Assembly: GCA_965240325.2 (NCBI GenBank)
Contig: OZ251238.1
Span: 558,001 to 622,000 of the forward strand
Direction: 5' to 3'
DNA from: Rebecca billardiae RCC1528
Lineage: Eukaryota; Protista; Haptophyta
DNA: 64,000 nt
The translations under genes and the position numbers were made by a program. Positions 31,145 to 43,446 of the stretch are shown in pieces. Position 1 is the first letter of the stretch. The number at the start of each line of letters is the position of its first letter. The notes below the pieces were generated by a model. It had not been told where the DNA came from, made no database searches, and was given only the letters and a program-made list of their open reading frames with translations.

Positions 31145-32614
31145 ATGGCACCGACTGCGGCTGGCGACGACCGCGGTCGCTCCGAAGCAGCCATCATCGC
31201 CAGCGCCTGCGTTCTCTGTATGGTCGGGCCATTCTCGTTGCATCTGTTCGTTCCGGCGCTCCCAGCGATGGCGGAGGCGCTTGGTGGGGGCTCTGTCAGC
31301 GTCACTCAGCTCACAATGAGCGCCTACACCATCGCCTATGGTAGTGCCCACCTGCCCGCAGGCGCGGCGTCGGACGTGTACGGCCGCACACCGGTGCTCG
31401 CCTTTGGTATTGGCCTCTACGCGCTCGCTTCGCTGGCGTGCCCCATGGTGGCGACGGCGAGGCAGCTGATAGTGGCGCGCTTCTTCCACGGCGCAGGTGC
31501 CGCGGCCATCGCCATCACCGGGCCCTCGTCGTTGCGCGACCTTCTCGAGTCACCCGCTTTGCGGCAGCGCTCGATGGCGCGCGTGGTCACGGCACGCTCG
31601 GCGGCCACGTTCACCGCTCCCGCGATCGGCTCGCTCGTGGCGGGCGTCCTCGGGTGGCGCTGGGTTCTTGGACTGTATACACTGGTTGGCGCATTGGTTG
31701 TGGCCGCTGCGGTCGTCATCGTGCCACCCCTGCGCGCCAGCCATGCTCGGAAGCTCGCAGGCGGGACCGGCGCCGATGGACAGACGGCTGCGGGCGGCAC
31801 GATGGCGCTTGGCCAGGGCGCTCCGCGCAGATTCACGTGCGCAGCCATCGTTCGCCCGTTCTGCGCCGTGCTCGCTGACCGCACCTTCGTGATGTACGTG
31901 CTCGCCGACTCGTTCGTCCTCTCCGTGGGCCAGACCTACTCGCAAGCGGCGAGCTACGTCTTCCAGATCTACTACGGCCTCGGGCTTGGCGTGTACGCAG
32001 TCTGGATGACACTCGTGCCCCTCTGTGTGATGGGAGGCGTCCAGCTGACGGTGGCGGCGAGGCGCGTGCTCCGCGGTGGCAATGAGCGCGTCGTCAGGGC
32101 GTCCCTGCTGGCGACCATCGGCAGCGAGGCTGTGCTCCTCGCGCTCTTGCTCGTGCTGCCGCTGCACGCCGCCGCGGCATGGTTCGCATTTGGGTCGCTT
32201 CATTTGTTTTTCCAGGGCATGCGCGGCATGCTCACCACGGCGGCGCAGACCATGATCGTCGAGAACAGCCCTGGCAACACAGGCAGCGCGCTCGCGTTGC
32301 TCTTCTTCGCGCGCTACGGGCTGCTCACTTTCTCTGTGTACGCGATCGGCGCTCTGTACGACAGCGACTGGTGCACGGTGGGCGCGCCTGTGCCAACGGC
32401 TTGCTTTTTTCTTGGCACTCTCGTGCTGGGCCTGGTGTCATTCGAGTGCTTTCACCCGCGCGGGCTGGCGGACCACAGCGCCGCACCGGAGGCCGCCGCA
32501 CCGGAGGCCGCCGCGCCGGAGGCCGCCGCGCCGGAGGCCGCCGCGCCGGAGGCCGCCGCGCCGGAGGCCGCCGCGCCGTCGGTCTACTCTATAACTACTA
32601 CTAGCGCAGTCTAA
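31145..32614 (+). CDS. MFS transporter, Bcr/CflA (DHA1) drug-resistance family
   Basis: Motifs LFVPALPAMA, QLTMSAY, G..SDVYGRTPVL, LIVARFFHG and APAIG...GWRW; about 12 TM helices; C-terminal (APEAA)n. Confidence 0.88.
   Translation: MAPTAAGDDRGRSEAAIIASACVLCMVGPFSLHLFVPALPAMAEALGGGSVSVTQLTMSAYTIAYGSAHLPAGAASDVYGRTPVLAFGIGLYALASLACPMVATARQLIVARFFHGAGAAAIAITGPSSLRDLLESPALRQRSMARVVTARSAATFTAPAIGSLVAGVLGWRWVLGLYTLVGALVVAAAVVIVPPLRASHARKLAGGTGADGQTAAGGTMALGQGAPRRFTCAAIVRPFCAVLADRTFVMYVLADSFVLSVGQTYSQAASYVFQIYYGLGLGVYAVWMTLVPLCVMGGVQLTVAARRVLRGGNERVVRASLLATIGSEAVLLALLLVLPLHAAAAWFAFGSLHLFFQGMRGMLTTAAQTMIVENSPGNTGSALALLFFARYGLLTFSVYAIGALYDSDWCTVGAPVPTACFFLGTLVLGLVSFECFHPRGLADHSAAPEAAAPEAAAPEAAAPEAAAPEAAAPEAAAPSVYSITTTSAV
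32480..32578 (+). repeat. 15-bp coding minisatellite (APEAA x6)
   Basis: GCGCCGGAGGCCGCC tandem units. Confidence 0.95.
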
Positions 32615-34579
32615 TACTACTAGCTTACTATACTGTCACAAGCGGGGCGGACGCCAACCTGATGGCTGGCCATGCCATCGGAGGTAGTAGCCTGGACGCC
32701 ACATAGTACATACGCCGTCAAGAGCCCATAATGGCATAATCCATATGGGAAGTAATTCTGGTGAACACAGCTTTAAACAATTTTAATTCGTGAGAAAGCC
32801 CTGGGAGACCCAGCTCCGACCCCCTTTAATTGGGTGTCACCTACTGCTGTCCCAAGTAATACCGGAGTAGGAATACGAACAATGGGGCCTCAAACGTTTT
32901 TTGATTAGGCACGCCTCGGGAATCGAGAACGCACTTGGTTAATTTTTGCGCCAATTAGGGCACGCCTCGGGAATCGAAGCGCATGTGGTTAATTTTTGCG
33001 CTCGCCGCATAGAGATGTCGTTGCGATTCCCACAAATCTGGCGGCGATCTTAGCGGTACCCCCTTACCCAGTTCATACCGCCTATACAATACGGTAACGG
33101 TACGGACCTGGCGCGCCTCGCCGTGCACCCGCACGAGGCCACGCGCCCCGGCGCGCGCGCGCCCGCGGCCTCGCACCCAAACTGCGAGACGCCGGCAGCG
33201 CTCGACGCGTGCCTCGCGCAGCGCGGCTGGCGAGCACGCCGAACGGCGTGGACGAGGCGCGCAACGCGGAGCGCCGCGAGGGTCACGCCGCGCGTCGAGC
33301 CGAACCGCGCGCGGCGCGCGAGGCCGCCGCGACCGACGCGGTCGCGCGCCATCTGGGCGTCCGGCGGCAGCAGCGCGCACGACGTGCGGACTGCAGTTGC
33401 TGCACGACTACCACGCGTCGATGGCCGACGCGCGCACGCACGGCGTGATCGGTGCGGAATCGAGAACGCACGTCGTTACCTTTTTGAGCGCGCGCCATAG
33501 GGATGTCGTTGCGATTCCCACCTATTTGTTGACGCTTTTCTACGACCATCCCGGCTCCCCAAGTCGAGGAACCGCGACGCACGTGTGCTTTCGCCGCCGC
33601 GCCGCGTGCGCTCGGCACACACGATTGAGTATGACGAACGAGCGCGCCGCTGAAGGAGGCGAAGGTCGCGCGCGACACGCAGAATGGCGCTTAGCCGGCG
33701 TGGCTCGACGACGCTGCCGGCACTCGCGCTCGCACACACGTGCGCGACCGAGGAACAGCTCCGCGGGCCTCGGCCGAACCCAGCGCCGGATGCCATCGTC
33801 GGCGTCGAGAGGAACTGCGCCGATCTGGCGGAGATCCAGCGGCACGTGGCGGCGATCAAGCAGCCGCAACCGCATCAGATGACGTGCACGAGCGGCCTCA
33901 TGGAGAAGCTCGTACCACAAGCCTACCATAAGCCACCCGCTCGCCGACTTGCCCGACTGACTACTCGCGGAGTTAACTCCGCCCTGGCTCGTCATCAACG
34001 GGCGCGGCCTTCGAGCCGACACCCGCGCCGCCCGCGGCTCGCGGCGCCATCGCGAAGGTGCGTGCCCGCCGGCGCGAGCTGCACAACACAACATGCACAC
34101 CGACGTGAGCCGCTCGTACCACGTCGTGCCCGACGGGCCGTGCTCAGCGACGGCTGCAGGCCAGTCTACTCGCCGTGCAGTCGGTTGTGCCCTGCCGGCC
34201 TGCGCCACTCGCCCCGCGCCTACAGCCGGTGGGCCATCCGCGGTGCGTGCCGTTGCCGTGCCGTCGTGCCCGAGCGGCCGTGCGCAGCGACGACCGCATC
34301 GACGCGCGCCTCGCCGTGCGCCTCGGTGGGCCTTGCAGAAGTGCCGCGCTGCCGCGCCTCGGGCTTAATCGCACGCGCGACTGCGGCGCGCCACCGGATG
34401 ATACCGTCAGTCAGCGCTGAACGGCCAACTCGTCTCATCGTCGTCGGGTCTGCCGGCCCTGGCAAGCTTCTCCGTCGCGTCCTAGACGCGCTGTGTTCGA
34501 CCAGCCCCACCGGGAAAAGGCCGCTAGGCCCCCGCTGTTTAGACAGGTTGCACAGAAAAATTCTGGAACCCACGACTGG

Positions 34580-34757
34580 CACGAGAACAAAGGCACGACT
34601 TCACGCTGGGGACCAGCCCGTCGCAGGCCTTTTTTTGACGCCCCGGCTAACCCGTCTGTCGGTCTGGAAACCCACGAGAACAAAGGCACGACTTCACGCT
34701 GGGGACCAGCCCGTCGCAGGCCTTTTTTTGACGCCCCGGCTAACCCGTCTGTCGGTC
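34580..34757. repeat. Tandem duplication with period about 93 bp
   Basis: CACGAGAACAAAGGCACGAC...CTGTCGGTC occurs twice. Confidence 0.9.
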
Positions 34758-35071
34758 ACATATGCACAATTCGCGTACCCGCTTACGCGCTCGGACAAAA
34801 GCCGCTCATCATTCGCGCTTTTTGCACTCACATTTGCGCGAATCGCATCGGCCCATTATTCGTCGTGTCGTGAGTTCACACTTGACATAAGCACGAACCG
34901 TCCCTTTCTCGCTAGACATTTCACGAGCGAAAGGGCGCGCTGATATTGGCACGCGGGTATCATCTTGCATTATTGGACACCCCCTTGATTGGACTACGAG
35001 CGTCGGAGCAACCTCGCGCTCGCGCGGCCTCGACACCCGGGTCCGAAGGACGAGAGCCGAGAGCCCAGACT

Positions 35072-36127
35072 GAGGCCGCTCGAGCGACTTCGTGTCAGGC
35101 GAGGCAGATCGCGCCAGTGCGAGGCGAGGCAGACGCTCACCTGCCTCGCCTCGAGGCGAGGCAGCTAAGCTAGTAAAGCCGCGGCCGAACTTTACGAAAG
35201 CCAAATGTCTGCCGGGGCGCCGCCGGTCTTCGCGCACGGTGACAAGGGCGCGCGAGGGCGCTTCCTCACGATCCCGAAGAGCGCTGCGCGCGGCGTCGCG
35301 TTGGCGGCGGCAGCGGCGCTTGGGTGTATCTTGCCCATTCTGCGTGGCGGCGCGCGCTCATGACGCCTCGGCCGCCGCCACGCCATGCGCGACCAGGCGT
35401 GTCGCCTTCTTGACGGGCAGTGCACACGCCCTTGCAAGCGCACAGCCGTGAAGAGCCGAGAGCGTCCGTCGCGAGCACGCCGCCCACGCGGGATGCGTTG
35501 TCAGGACTATTCGTATGACACTGGGTGTTCACGCTCTGGCATGTGCAAGCCACGATGACCATGGGTAGCAGCTACGATGAGCAATGCTCACCTGCATTTC
35601 AGCCGATGACAACCTCTCGTTCAGCGATCTTGACTGCACTGAACGCATGGCGAACTCGGCGGAGCGCATGCGCAAGGTAGCTTCGTTGATATCACAACGC
35701 ATCCCGCGTGGGCGGCGTGCTCGCGACGGACGCTCTCGGCTCTTCACGGCTGTGCGGTTGCAAGGGCGTGTGCACTGCCCGTCAAGAAGGCGACACGCCT
35801 GGTCGCGCATGGCGTGGCGGCGGCCGAGGCGTCATGAGCGCGCGCCGCCACGCAGAATGGGCAAGATACACCCAAGCGCCGCTGCCGCCGCCAACGCGAC
35901 GCCGCGCGCAGCGCTCTTCGGGATCGTGAGGAAGCGCCCTCGCGCGCCCTTGTCACCGTGCGCGAAGACCGGCGGCGCCTTGGCAGACATTTGGCTTTCG
36001 TAAAGTTCGGCCGCGGCTTTACTGTTAGCTTAGCTGCCTCGCCTCGAGGCGAGGCAGGCGAGCGTCTGCCTCGCCTCGCACTGGAGCACTGGCGCGATCT
36101 GCCTCGCCTGACACGAAGTCGCTCGAG
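35072..36127. mobile_element. Foldback element, copy 2 (right terminus slightly truncated)
   Basis: Near-identical to 15720-16771 including the spacer; small insertions in the right arm. Confidence 0.92.
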
Positions 36128-36403
36128 CCAAGGGCGGTGGCGGCCGCCGGTATTATTATTCGTCGCGTCAGCAGCTAAATCTTCTGCGCGCTAATAATAT
36201 TTATATTAAGACTGCGCGGCTACCGCGCCGCCGTCGTAAGTGACGACGAGCATCGCGTCATCGTCATACGGTAGGTAGTAATATATACATACTACGCCGT
36301 CCTGTCTCGCGGATCCGAGTCGGAGTCTCGCGCCGACAGCATCGGACCCGGGGTGCTGCCTGACGACGATTGATGCTGTGATGCATATATATGCTGCATA
36401 TCG

Positions 36404-37294
36404 TCACAGACGACGCTTCCCAGCCGGCCGCGGCGGCGACTCCAACTCGTCGGTGCCAAACAGCTCTGAGCGCAGCCGGTCCACGTACTCGACCAGGTTG
36501 GGGCATGCGCGCACCTCGTCGAGCAGCGGGTGCTGCCAGCCCGGCGCGAGGAAGGCAGACGCAAAGGCAAACACGGCTGCGTCGGCCGAGCAGGGCTTGT
36601 CGCCCATGAGGTATGGCTTCGAGCCGAGGATGGCGGCGACGGAGCGCACCTCGGCCGCGACCTTGGCCGTGATCTCGGCGTCCGAGTGCCGCCCCGTGCC
36701 CTGCGCGTGCATGCTGGCGACCAGCTGCGGCTGGATCACGCGGCGGCCGAGCAGCTTGAACGCGGGCAAGCCGTCAAAGTAGGCGTCCAGCGTCGCCTGG
36801 ATGTTTCGGGGCGAGGACTTCCAGCGCACGTTGAGCAGGCCCCAGTAGCCGCTCTCCTCCAGCGTCGTCGCCACCATGTGCGCGATAGCTGCCTGCTCGT
36901 CCGTCAGCCAGCCATCCAGCTCGGCGGGCACGCAGCCGCTGGCGCGCAGCTCGCGCGCGATGAAGAGCGAGTCTCCGACGACGCGCGCGCCCAGCGGCCC
37001 GCCGAACGCGGCGGGTACCTTCTGTTTCGGCGGCGCGATGCTGCCGTCCAGATCGAGCACGCTGATGTACTTGTACTCGATCCCGGCCAGCCGGCAGAAG
37101 GCGCACAGCTTGGTCGCAAACGGCGAGAAGTCCGGCACGCCGTCGCCGGGCTTGAAGCCAATGATGTGGAGCGTGGGCGCGCGCAGCTGCTGCGCTGCGT
37201 GCTGCGCGCGCCGTCGGCGGCGTGCGCGCGCGCACACAAGCGCGGCCGCGGCCGCGGCACCTGCGCCGACCAGCGCGAGCGTGAGACCCCGCAT
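36404..37294 (-). CDS. Metaxin/FAX-like glutathione S-transferase family protein with an N-terminal anchor
   Basis: Motifs SPFATKL..F.R.AGI.Y, P..KVP, VGDSLFI, LEES.YW, LG.KPYLMGDKPC.ADAAVFA and PNLVEYVDR. Confidence 0.88.
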   Translation of the reverse strand: MRGLTLALVGAGAAAAAALVCARARRRRRAQHAAQQLRAPTLHIIGFKPGDGVPDFSPFATKLCAFCRLAGIEYKYISVLDLDGSIAPPKQKVPAAFGGPLGARVVGDSLFIARELRASGCVPAELDGWLTDEQAAIAHMVATTLEESGYWGLLNVRWKSSPRNIQATLDAYFDGLPAFKLLGRRVIQPQLVASMHAQGTGRHSDAEITAKVAAEVRSVAAILGSKPYLMGDKPCSADAAVFAFASAFLAPGWQHPLLDEVRACPNLVEYVDRLRSELFGTDELESPPRPAGKRRL

Positions 37295-38789
37295 GCTTGA
37301 AATTGAGGGCTCCGGAGGCGTTGCCGCCCGCCCGGCCGTGCGTCCGAAACCAGGAAATGAAGCAACGGGCAACGGAAATGCGCCATGAGTTTTTTCGCGC
37401 GCGAATTCTGAAAAACTGTGCCCTGGCGGGCGGGGGGGTCGGCGGGCCGTGCCAGTGCTGTCGCAATGTATCCTTTGCGGGTTCGCGTCTGCTTTCCACA
37501 TTCGCTCGTGGCCGTGGGTGACGGACAGTCGAGTGCAAGGACCTGTGACCATGAATTGTTGGCTCTCCGACGTGTACACACGTCTCACGGTCTGTACTCT
37601 TAGTAGTATGCGCATCACTCCATCAGCGAGGCCCACGCCCACCAGGGAATCACGAGCGCGTTGACGTTCACGCGGTCGTCGCTCTTCGCCTCTTCGACAG
37701 GTCTGGCGCTCGCGTGCTCGGCGGCACGAGGAGCTGTTGGTTGTGCGCGCGCGCGCGCACAGCGACAGCGTGTGCCACTCGCGATCGAGAGTGGGCAAGC
37801 GCTGCTCACGCGGGCACACGAGTCGCAGCGCATCCGTCACCGGCGTGACGACTTCCGCCTCGTCCCGCAGCGCCTGCGCCATGGACGAGGATGGCGCGGC
37901 GATGTTGCATGCTCGACGTTTCATCTCTGTGTGGATGGCATCACGGGCTTGTCTGTGTCGCGCTGCGGCGAGGGTCGCCAACTCGCGAAGACGCGGTTGC
38001 TGCCACGGCGACAGACCCGGGAGGTGCCTCCGCTGCGCGTCGTACGCCGTTGGCGCTGCGCTTCCGTCGCATTGGTCACCGTCGACGCCATGCAGGCCGG
38101 ACGTGGGCTTCGGCTGAGGGACCGGACCGCGAGCAATGACTGAGTCCGGTGCGCGGATTCCGGCGATCGAGTTCAGCAGGCCGCGCCAAATCTTGCGTCG
38201 CGTGCGATGGCGCTTCCCGCCCGCGAGACGCCTCGTGATGAGGGCTTTCTCGCACCGAGCCCGACGCGCGACGGTGGATCGCGCGAGGCGGTCATCGTGC
38301 GCAGCGCATGATGCTATGGCCGGTGCGAGCTTTCGACGTGCACGTCGGGCGAGGATCGCCCCAGGTCGCACGATCGTGTCGACGCGCCGAGCGTACCGCT
38401 CCAAACGCGTCGATTTAGCCCCCGTTCGACCTGCACGCGAGACGACGAGGGCAGCAAACGCGAATCGGGCGAAAACCCCTCTAGGGAATCCTCGCGCGAT
38501 GTCCGCGCCGGCGTTGGATTTGGCGCGCGCGGCCCATGCGCTCCGCGCCAGGCGCCAGATGGTTTTCGGCCGAGCGTCCCCAGTGGGAGCTGCGAGGGCG
38601 CCCGGTAGTGAGCGAAGCGATTTTCTTTTCTTGGCGAGGCGGCGATTTTCTTTTTTTCTTTTCTTTTTCTTATCTTTTTCCCGGGCACTACAAGGGGCGG
38701 ACCTACGGCCCGCCATATCGACGATGAGCAAGAACAGCAGAGCTATCTCCGCCGCGCGACGAGCGCCGAACACGGCGCCATCACCGGGC

Positions 38790-41731
38790 ATGTGGGCCGT
38801 AGCGCAGGCGCGCGGCCTGAGGCTGCTCCTGGCGCTTGCCGCCGCGCCCTACCGGGCTCTCGCGGCGCGCACCTCGAGCTCGTGCACCGCACCCGCGCTC
38901 GGCTCGGCCGAGCTCGCCGACTTCAACCACGGGCTGTTTGGCTGGCACGCGGGCAACAGCAGCCTGTGGGAGTGGAGCTCCGGCTGTGCGCAGACGGCCG
39001 TGCCCTGCGAGGCGGCGTCGTCGCTCGACGGCTTCATGCTCGCCGTCAGCCCGCACGTCCCGCTCACCTCGCCGGCCATCCACGGCTCGTGCCTCTCGTT
39101 CTCGTTCTTCACGCGCGCGAGCGCCCAGCTCGTCGTCGAGATGCAGTCCGGCCCGTCGGCGCCGTGGAAGCGCGTGCTCACGCTCGTGGCGAAGAAGGGG
39201 TCGGCGTGGGAGCGGTACGACGGCCTCGCGCTCCCAGACGAGCCCGTACGCATCCGGATGAGCGCGCAGAGCGAGGCAGGCAAGCCGTGGGTCCCGCGCT
39301 CGGTCGGGCTGGATGACGTGGCCATGGCAGCGGCGCCGGCGCCGGCGGCGCGCGGCGCCGGCTCAACGGACGAGCACGCAGTGCTCGGCGCTGATGGGTG
39401 GAGCGCCGCGACCGTCCCGCCCTCGCCCGTCGGCGTCGACTTCTCCGCCGTCTTCTCGCGCCAGCCCATCCCGCTGCCGCGCGTCACCTCCGCCCTCGCC
39501 GAGCGCGGCATCCGGCGCGCCAAGGTCTTCCAGTACGACGGGCAGCTGCTCGACGCGATGGCGGCGGCGGGCGTGACGGACGTGGCGGTGGGGATCCCCA
39601 ACTTCGAGCTGCACGCGCTCGCGCTCTCGCCCACGCACGCGGACGACGTGGTCGCGCGCATGGAGCCGCACCGCGCCATGATCTCGTACGTCATCGTGGG
39701 CAACGAGCCGCTCGCCGATTGGTGGGCTGACGAGTTCTCGGCCCACATGCCGCTTGCCGTGCGCAACGTGCGCGCGGCGCTGCGCGCGCGCGGCTGGCAC
39801 GCGCGCGCGACGGTGGTGCTGCAGTTCGGCGTGCTCGAGCGCACGTGGCCGCCCCAGGACGCGCGCTTCGACCCGTCCCAGACCGACCTGATGCAGACCG
39901 TGCTGCCGGAGCTGCTCGAGGCGCGCTCGGCGCTCTTTGTGAACCTGTACCCGTTCCAGGCGTGGCGACAGGACCCGGCCAGGGTGCCGCTCACGTACGC
40001 GCAGTTTGACGGCTCGCCGTGCGCGTCCGACGGCACGCGCTGCTACGCGAGCCTGCTCGACGCGATGCTCGACGCGACGTGGTGCGCGCCGCGCCGTGCG
40101 TGCGCACCGCCGCGCCCGCGCGCCCGCGCTGCTCCTGCGGCGCGCGCGCTCTGGGCGGCGCGAGGCGAACGCGAGGCGCGCGTGTGCGGACGCTGTGTCC
40201 TCACGCACGCCGTGTGCGCGCGCGGCGCGGCAGGCACGCGCTGGACAAGCTGGGCATGGCGACGCGCTTACCCGTCGTGATCGGCGAGATCGGCTGGCCC
40301 TCGGGCGGCCAGTCCGCGGGCGCCACGCCGCACGACGCGTGCGTCTTCGTGAACAGGCTGATTGCGCACGCGGCGCACGCGCGCACGCCTCTCGGCCTCC
40401 GAGTGCCCTCCCTGTTCCTCTTCGAGCTCACGGACGAGTACGACAAGAGCACGGGCGTGGGCTTGCTCGGCGCGTCCGAGCGGCACTACGGGCTGCTCAC
40501 GCAGACGGGCGACCCGAAGTACGGCATCGACTGGGCGCCTGCCACGATCGAGGACGGCGCGCTCGCGGCCGCGCGCTGCCCGCCGCGCGAGGCGTGCTCG
40601 CCGCACGCGGACGACCAGTGTGGCGCGCACGCGTCCGAGCGCAGCCAGTGCTTCGAGATGGGGACGGCGTTCTGCGCGCCGTTCGACAACGCGACGGACG
40701 CGCAGATCGGCCTGGCGCTCGCGTGGCTCTGCGCGCCCGCCGACAGCGAGGGCGGCGGCGGCGGCGTGGACTGCCTCGAGCTCGAGCGCGGCTGGCCGCA
40801 GTGCGCCGTCGCGTCGGCGCGTGCGCGCGCCGCGTGGGCGGCGACGCTGTATGCGCGCGACCACGGCGCGGCGGCGTGCTCGTTCGGCGCGGCGTTCACG
40901 TACTCGTCCTGGATCCCGCGTGGGCTCGCCGACGAGCTGCACGCCGCGCGCTGCCCGCTCGGCGTGTGCGAGGCGACCGCGCCCGCGCGCAAGCCTCCGC
41001 CCAAGCCGGAGGACACGACGGGAGGCGCTTGCCTGCACGCGAGCGACTGTGGCGGCCTCAGGTCCTCGATCAAGTCGGTGCTGGTCGGCCCGACGTGCGA
41101 CACGCGGCCGCTCGCCGCCGACGCGGCGGGCTCGTGCCAGGCGCGGCACAACGCCTCCGAGCACCAGCTCCTCTCCGCGATCAACTGGGCGTGCACCGTC
41201 GGGCGCGTCGACTGCACAAGCATGGCCGCCCTGTGCGCGAGCGCGCCGCTCGGCGAGCGAGCCACGTGGGTCTTCACGCGGTTCGCGACGATGCACGGCG
41301 GCCAGTGCTTCTTCTCCGGCGCGGCGCAGCTCTCGCGCGTGCCGCTCGCGCGCGCGGCGCCGCAGTGCAACATCGGCGAATGCCGCATCCCCGCGGAGAA
41401 CCTGTGGCAGTCGCCGCTCTTCGCCGGGCCGCTGATGGCCGCGATGCTCGCGTACGCAGCGCTGCGACTGCGCGCCTCGCGACGCGTCGCGGCCGAGTGG
41501 CACGCGGCGGAGCGCGAGCCCAAGGCGACGGGCGCGGGGGCTGCAGCCGCAGGCGCGTCCGCGTCCGCGGCGGCGGAGGCGGGCAGGGCAGCGGCAGCTG
41601 GCGGCGACACGGCGGCGGGCGGCATAGCGCTCCCGCCGGGGCAGCCGGCCTCACGAGCCAGCTTGCCACACTTCTCCTCGCGCTCCACCACGGACGGGGG
41701 CGGCGCGGGCGGCGCGGCAACACTCTACTGA
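38790..41731 (+). CDS. GH17 beta-1,3-glucanase: signal peptide, MAM-like, GH17, X8, X8, TM; 2 exons
   Basis: Motifs VIVGNEP, FVNLYPF, VVIGEIGWPS, FLFELTDE..K and ERHYGL; intron 40082-40233; two Cys-rich X8-like repeats. Confidence 0.88.
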
Positions 41732-42093
41732 GCTCTCAGCCGTGCGGAGAAAGTCCAACGCGGCCTCAGCCTCGGGCCGAGCCGCCGGCAGCGCGCCCCT
41801 GCGGATGCTATGTAATTATTATCAGCCGTCAGCGGCCTGGCCGCGGCATGGCCGGCGCCAGCCGCCTGACACGCTGACACTGAAGAGTGAACTGTGAAGG
41901 GCGGCGGGTGCGCCGTGCCCGTGACACGCACGGCGCGGTCGGCGGCACCGGCCTCGCGGGCCTCGGGGTCCCCGCGGTGGCAGCACCGCCCGATCCGGGC
42001 CGCCGATGACAGGCTGCTGGGTCTCAGCGCTGTCGTGCGACTGGTGATGCAACTCCGCAGTCGCGTCGGCGTCGACGTCGCTGCTGGCAGCCG

Positions 42094-43446
42094 CTAAGCG
42101 CCTTCTGTGCCGCGCAGCCGCATCAGGTCGAACAGGAACTCCTTGTCCGGCGTGTCGCCCGACAGGTGCCGAGCGCGCCACATATCGGCTGTGTTCATTG
42201 TCCCATCCGACGGGCGCTCCTGCCCGACGGCGGCGGCGACCTGAGCCCCGGGCCGCTCGCCCGCGCCCTCGTCGCGCCGCTCACGCCCGTGGCGTGGCTC
42301 AGAGCGCCCAGCGTCGCCGCGCGCGGGCTGCTCCCGTGCGAGCCAGTCCTGGTGTGGCTCGCGCCCGCGCGCAATGTGCGAGTGGCACCGCATCGAGTCG
42401 GCGCCGTCATCCGATGCGACGGCGGCGTCCGAGGGCGCACACGGCGCGTAGCCCCGCGTGTGCGCGTGCTGCTGCTGCGCGGCCGGGGGCGCTCGGCGCG
42501 CGCCTCCGCTCTCGAGCTCGTCGAGGCTGATGGCCACGTCGTGCGTCGCGATCGAGCCGCGCGCGCCGGCGCCCGCGCGGCCGAGCGCGGCTTCCACGTC
42601 TGGGGCGGTGTCTTCGCCGGCGAGCGCGCCTTCGGCGTCGACGTCCATGCACACGTTGTTCTGCGCGAGGTCGAACGCGCGCACCAGTCCGGAGAAGTCC
42701 TGCTCGAGGTCCATGCGGCCGCGCAGCAGCTTGCGCGCAAAGCCCTCGGCCACGCGCTCGGCGCGCGTCGGGCTGGGCGAGCCGGCGGAGCCGCCGCCGG
42801 ACGAGGCCAAGTGGCCGGAGCGCGTGAACGTGTGCTCACGATCGGCGCGCGCGCGAGTCAGGCTCGAACGCCGGCCCGTCGGCTCCACGCCCATCTCCAC
42901 GTCCGCCGTCTGGGGGCGCGGCCGCGGCCGCTCGAGCACGCGCTCACGGTCCTGCCGCTCGCGCGTCAAGCCCGGCTGGCGGCGCGAGGCGAGCGGCGGC
43001 GCACGCAGGGCGTGCGCGCACGTAGCAGACTCGTCCTGCGAGAAGTCGAACGCGCGCAGCACCTTTGAAAACTCGTCCCACCCGACCGATCGGGGGCGCG
43101 ATATGCGTCGCTGCTCGGCGTTAGGCGCGTCGTCCGCGAGCTCCTCCGCGAGCAGACGGCGGCCACTTGGTGAGCGCGCCATGCGACGGACGGGCTCCTC
43201 ACGAGGCCGCGACAGGCCCGCCGAGTCGTCCCTCGGCTTCGCGGGTACAAGCCGCTGGCCCGACGGCGAGCGCTCGAGCGCGCCGTCGGCATCCCCCTCT
43301 CTCGCACGCACGATGCCGCGCGCGCCGTCGAGCGCGGAGCTGCCTCCGTGCCGCGACGGCGCGGTGGGGATCGGGGATTCCGAGGCCATGCACGGCGGCG
43401 CGCCGTACAAGCCGCCACGATGGTCGACTGGTGGTGGTGAGAGCAT
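42094..43446 (-). CDS. Hypothetical, largely disordered protein with a repeated FS.(V/L).RAFD..Q motif
   Basis: 450-aa ATG ORF; FSKVLRAFDFSQ and FSGLVRAFDLAQ internal repeat. Confidence 0.5.
   Translation of the reverse strand: MLSPPPVDHRGGLYGAPPCMASESPIPTAPSRHGGSSALDGARGIVRAREGDADGALERSPSGQRLVPAKPRDDSAGLSRPREEPVRRMARSPSGRRLLAEELADDAPNAEQRRISRPRSVGWDEFSKVLRAFDFSQDESATCAHALRAPPLASRRQPGLTRERQDRERVLERPRPRPQTADVEMGVEPTGRRSSLTRARADREHTFTRSGHLASSGGGSAGSPSPTRAERVAEGFARKLLRGRMDLEQDFSGLVRAFDLAQNNVCMDVDAEGALAGEDTAPDVEAALGRAGAGARGSIATHDVAISLDELESGGARRAPPAAQQQHAHTRGYAPCAPSDAAVASDDGADSMRCHSHIARGREPHQDWLAREQPARGDAGRSEPRHGRERRDEGAGERPGAQVAAAVGQERPSDGTMNTADMWRARHLSGDTPDKEFLFDLMRLRGTEGA

Noticed and set aside
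37295-38789. N-terminal extensions of the GST ORF (to 38791) and GH17 ORF (from 38136)
   Set aside because: Low-complexity Arg-rich translation of intergenic DNA; the downstream ATGs give proper anchor and signal peptides
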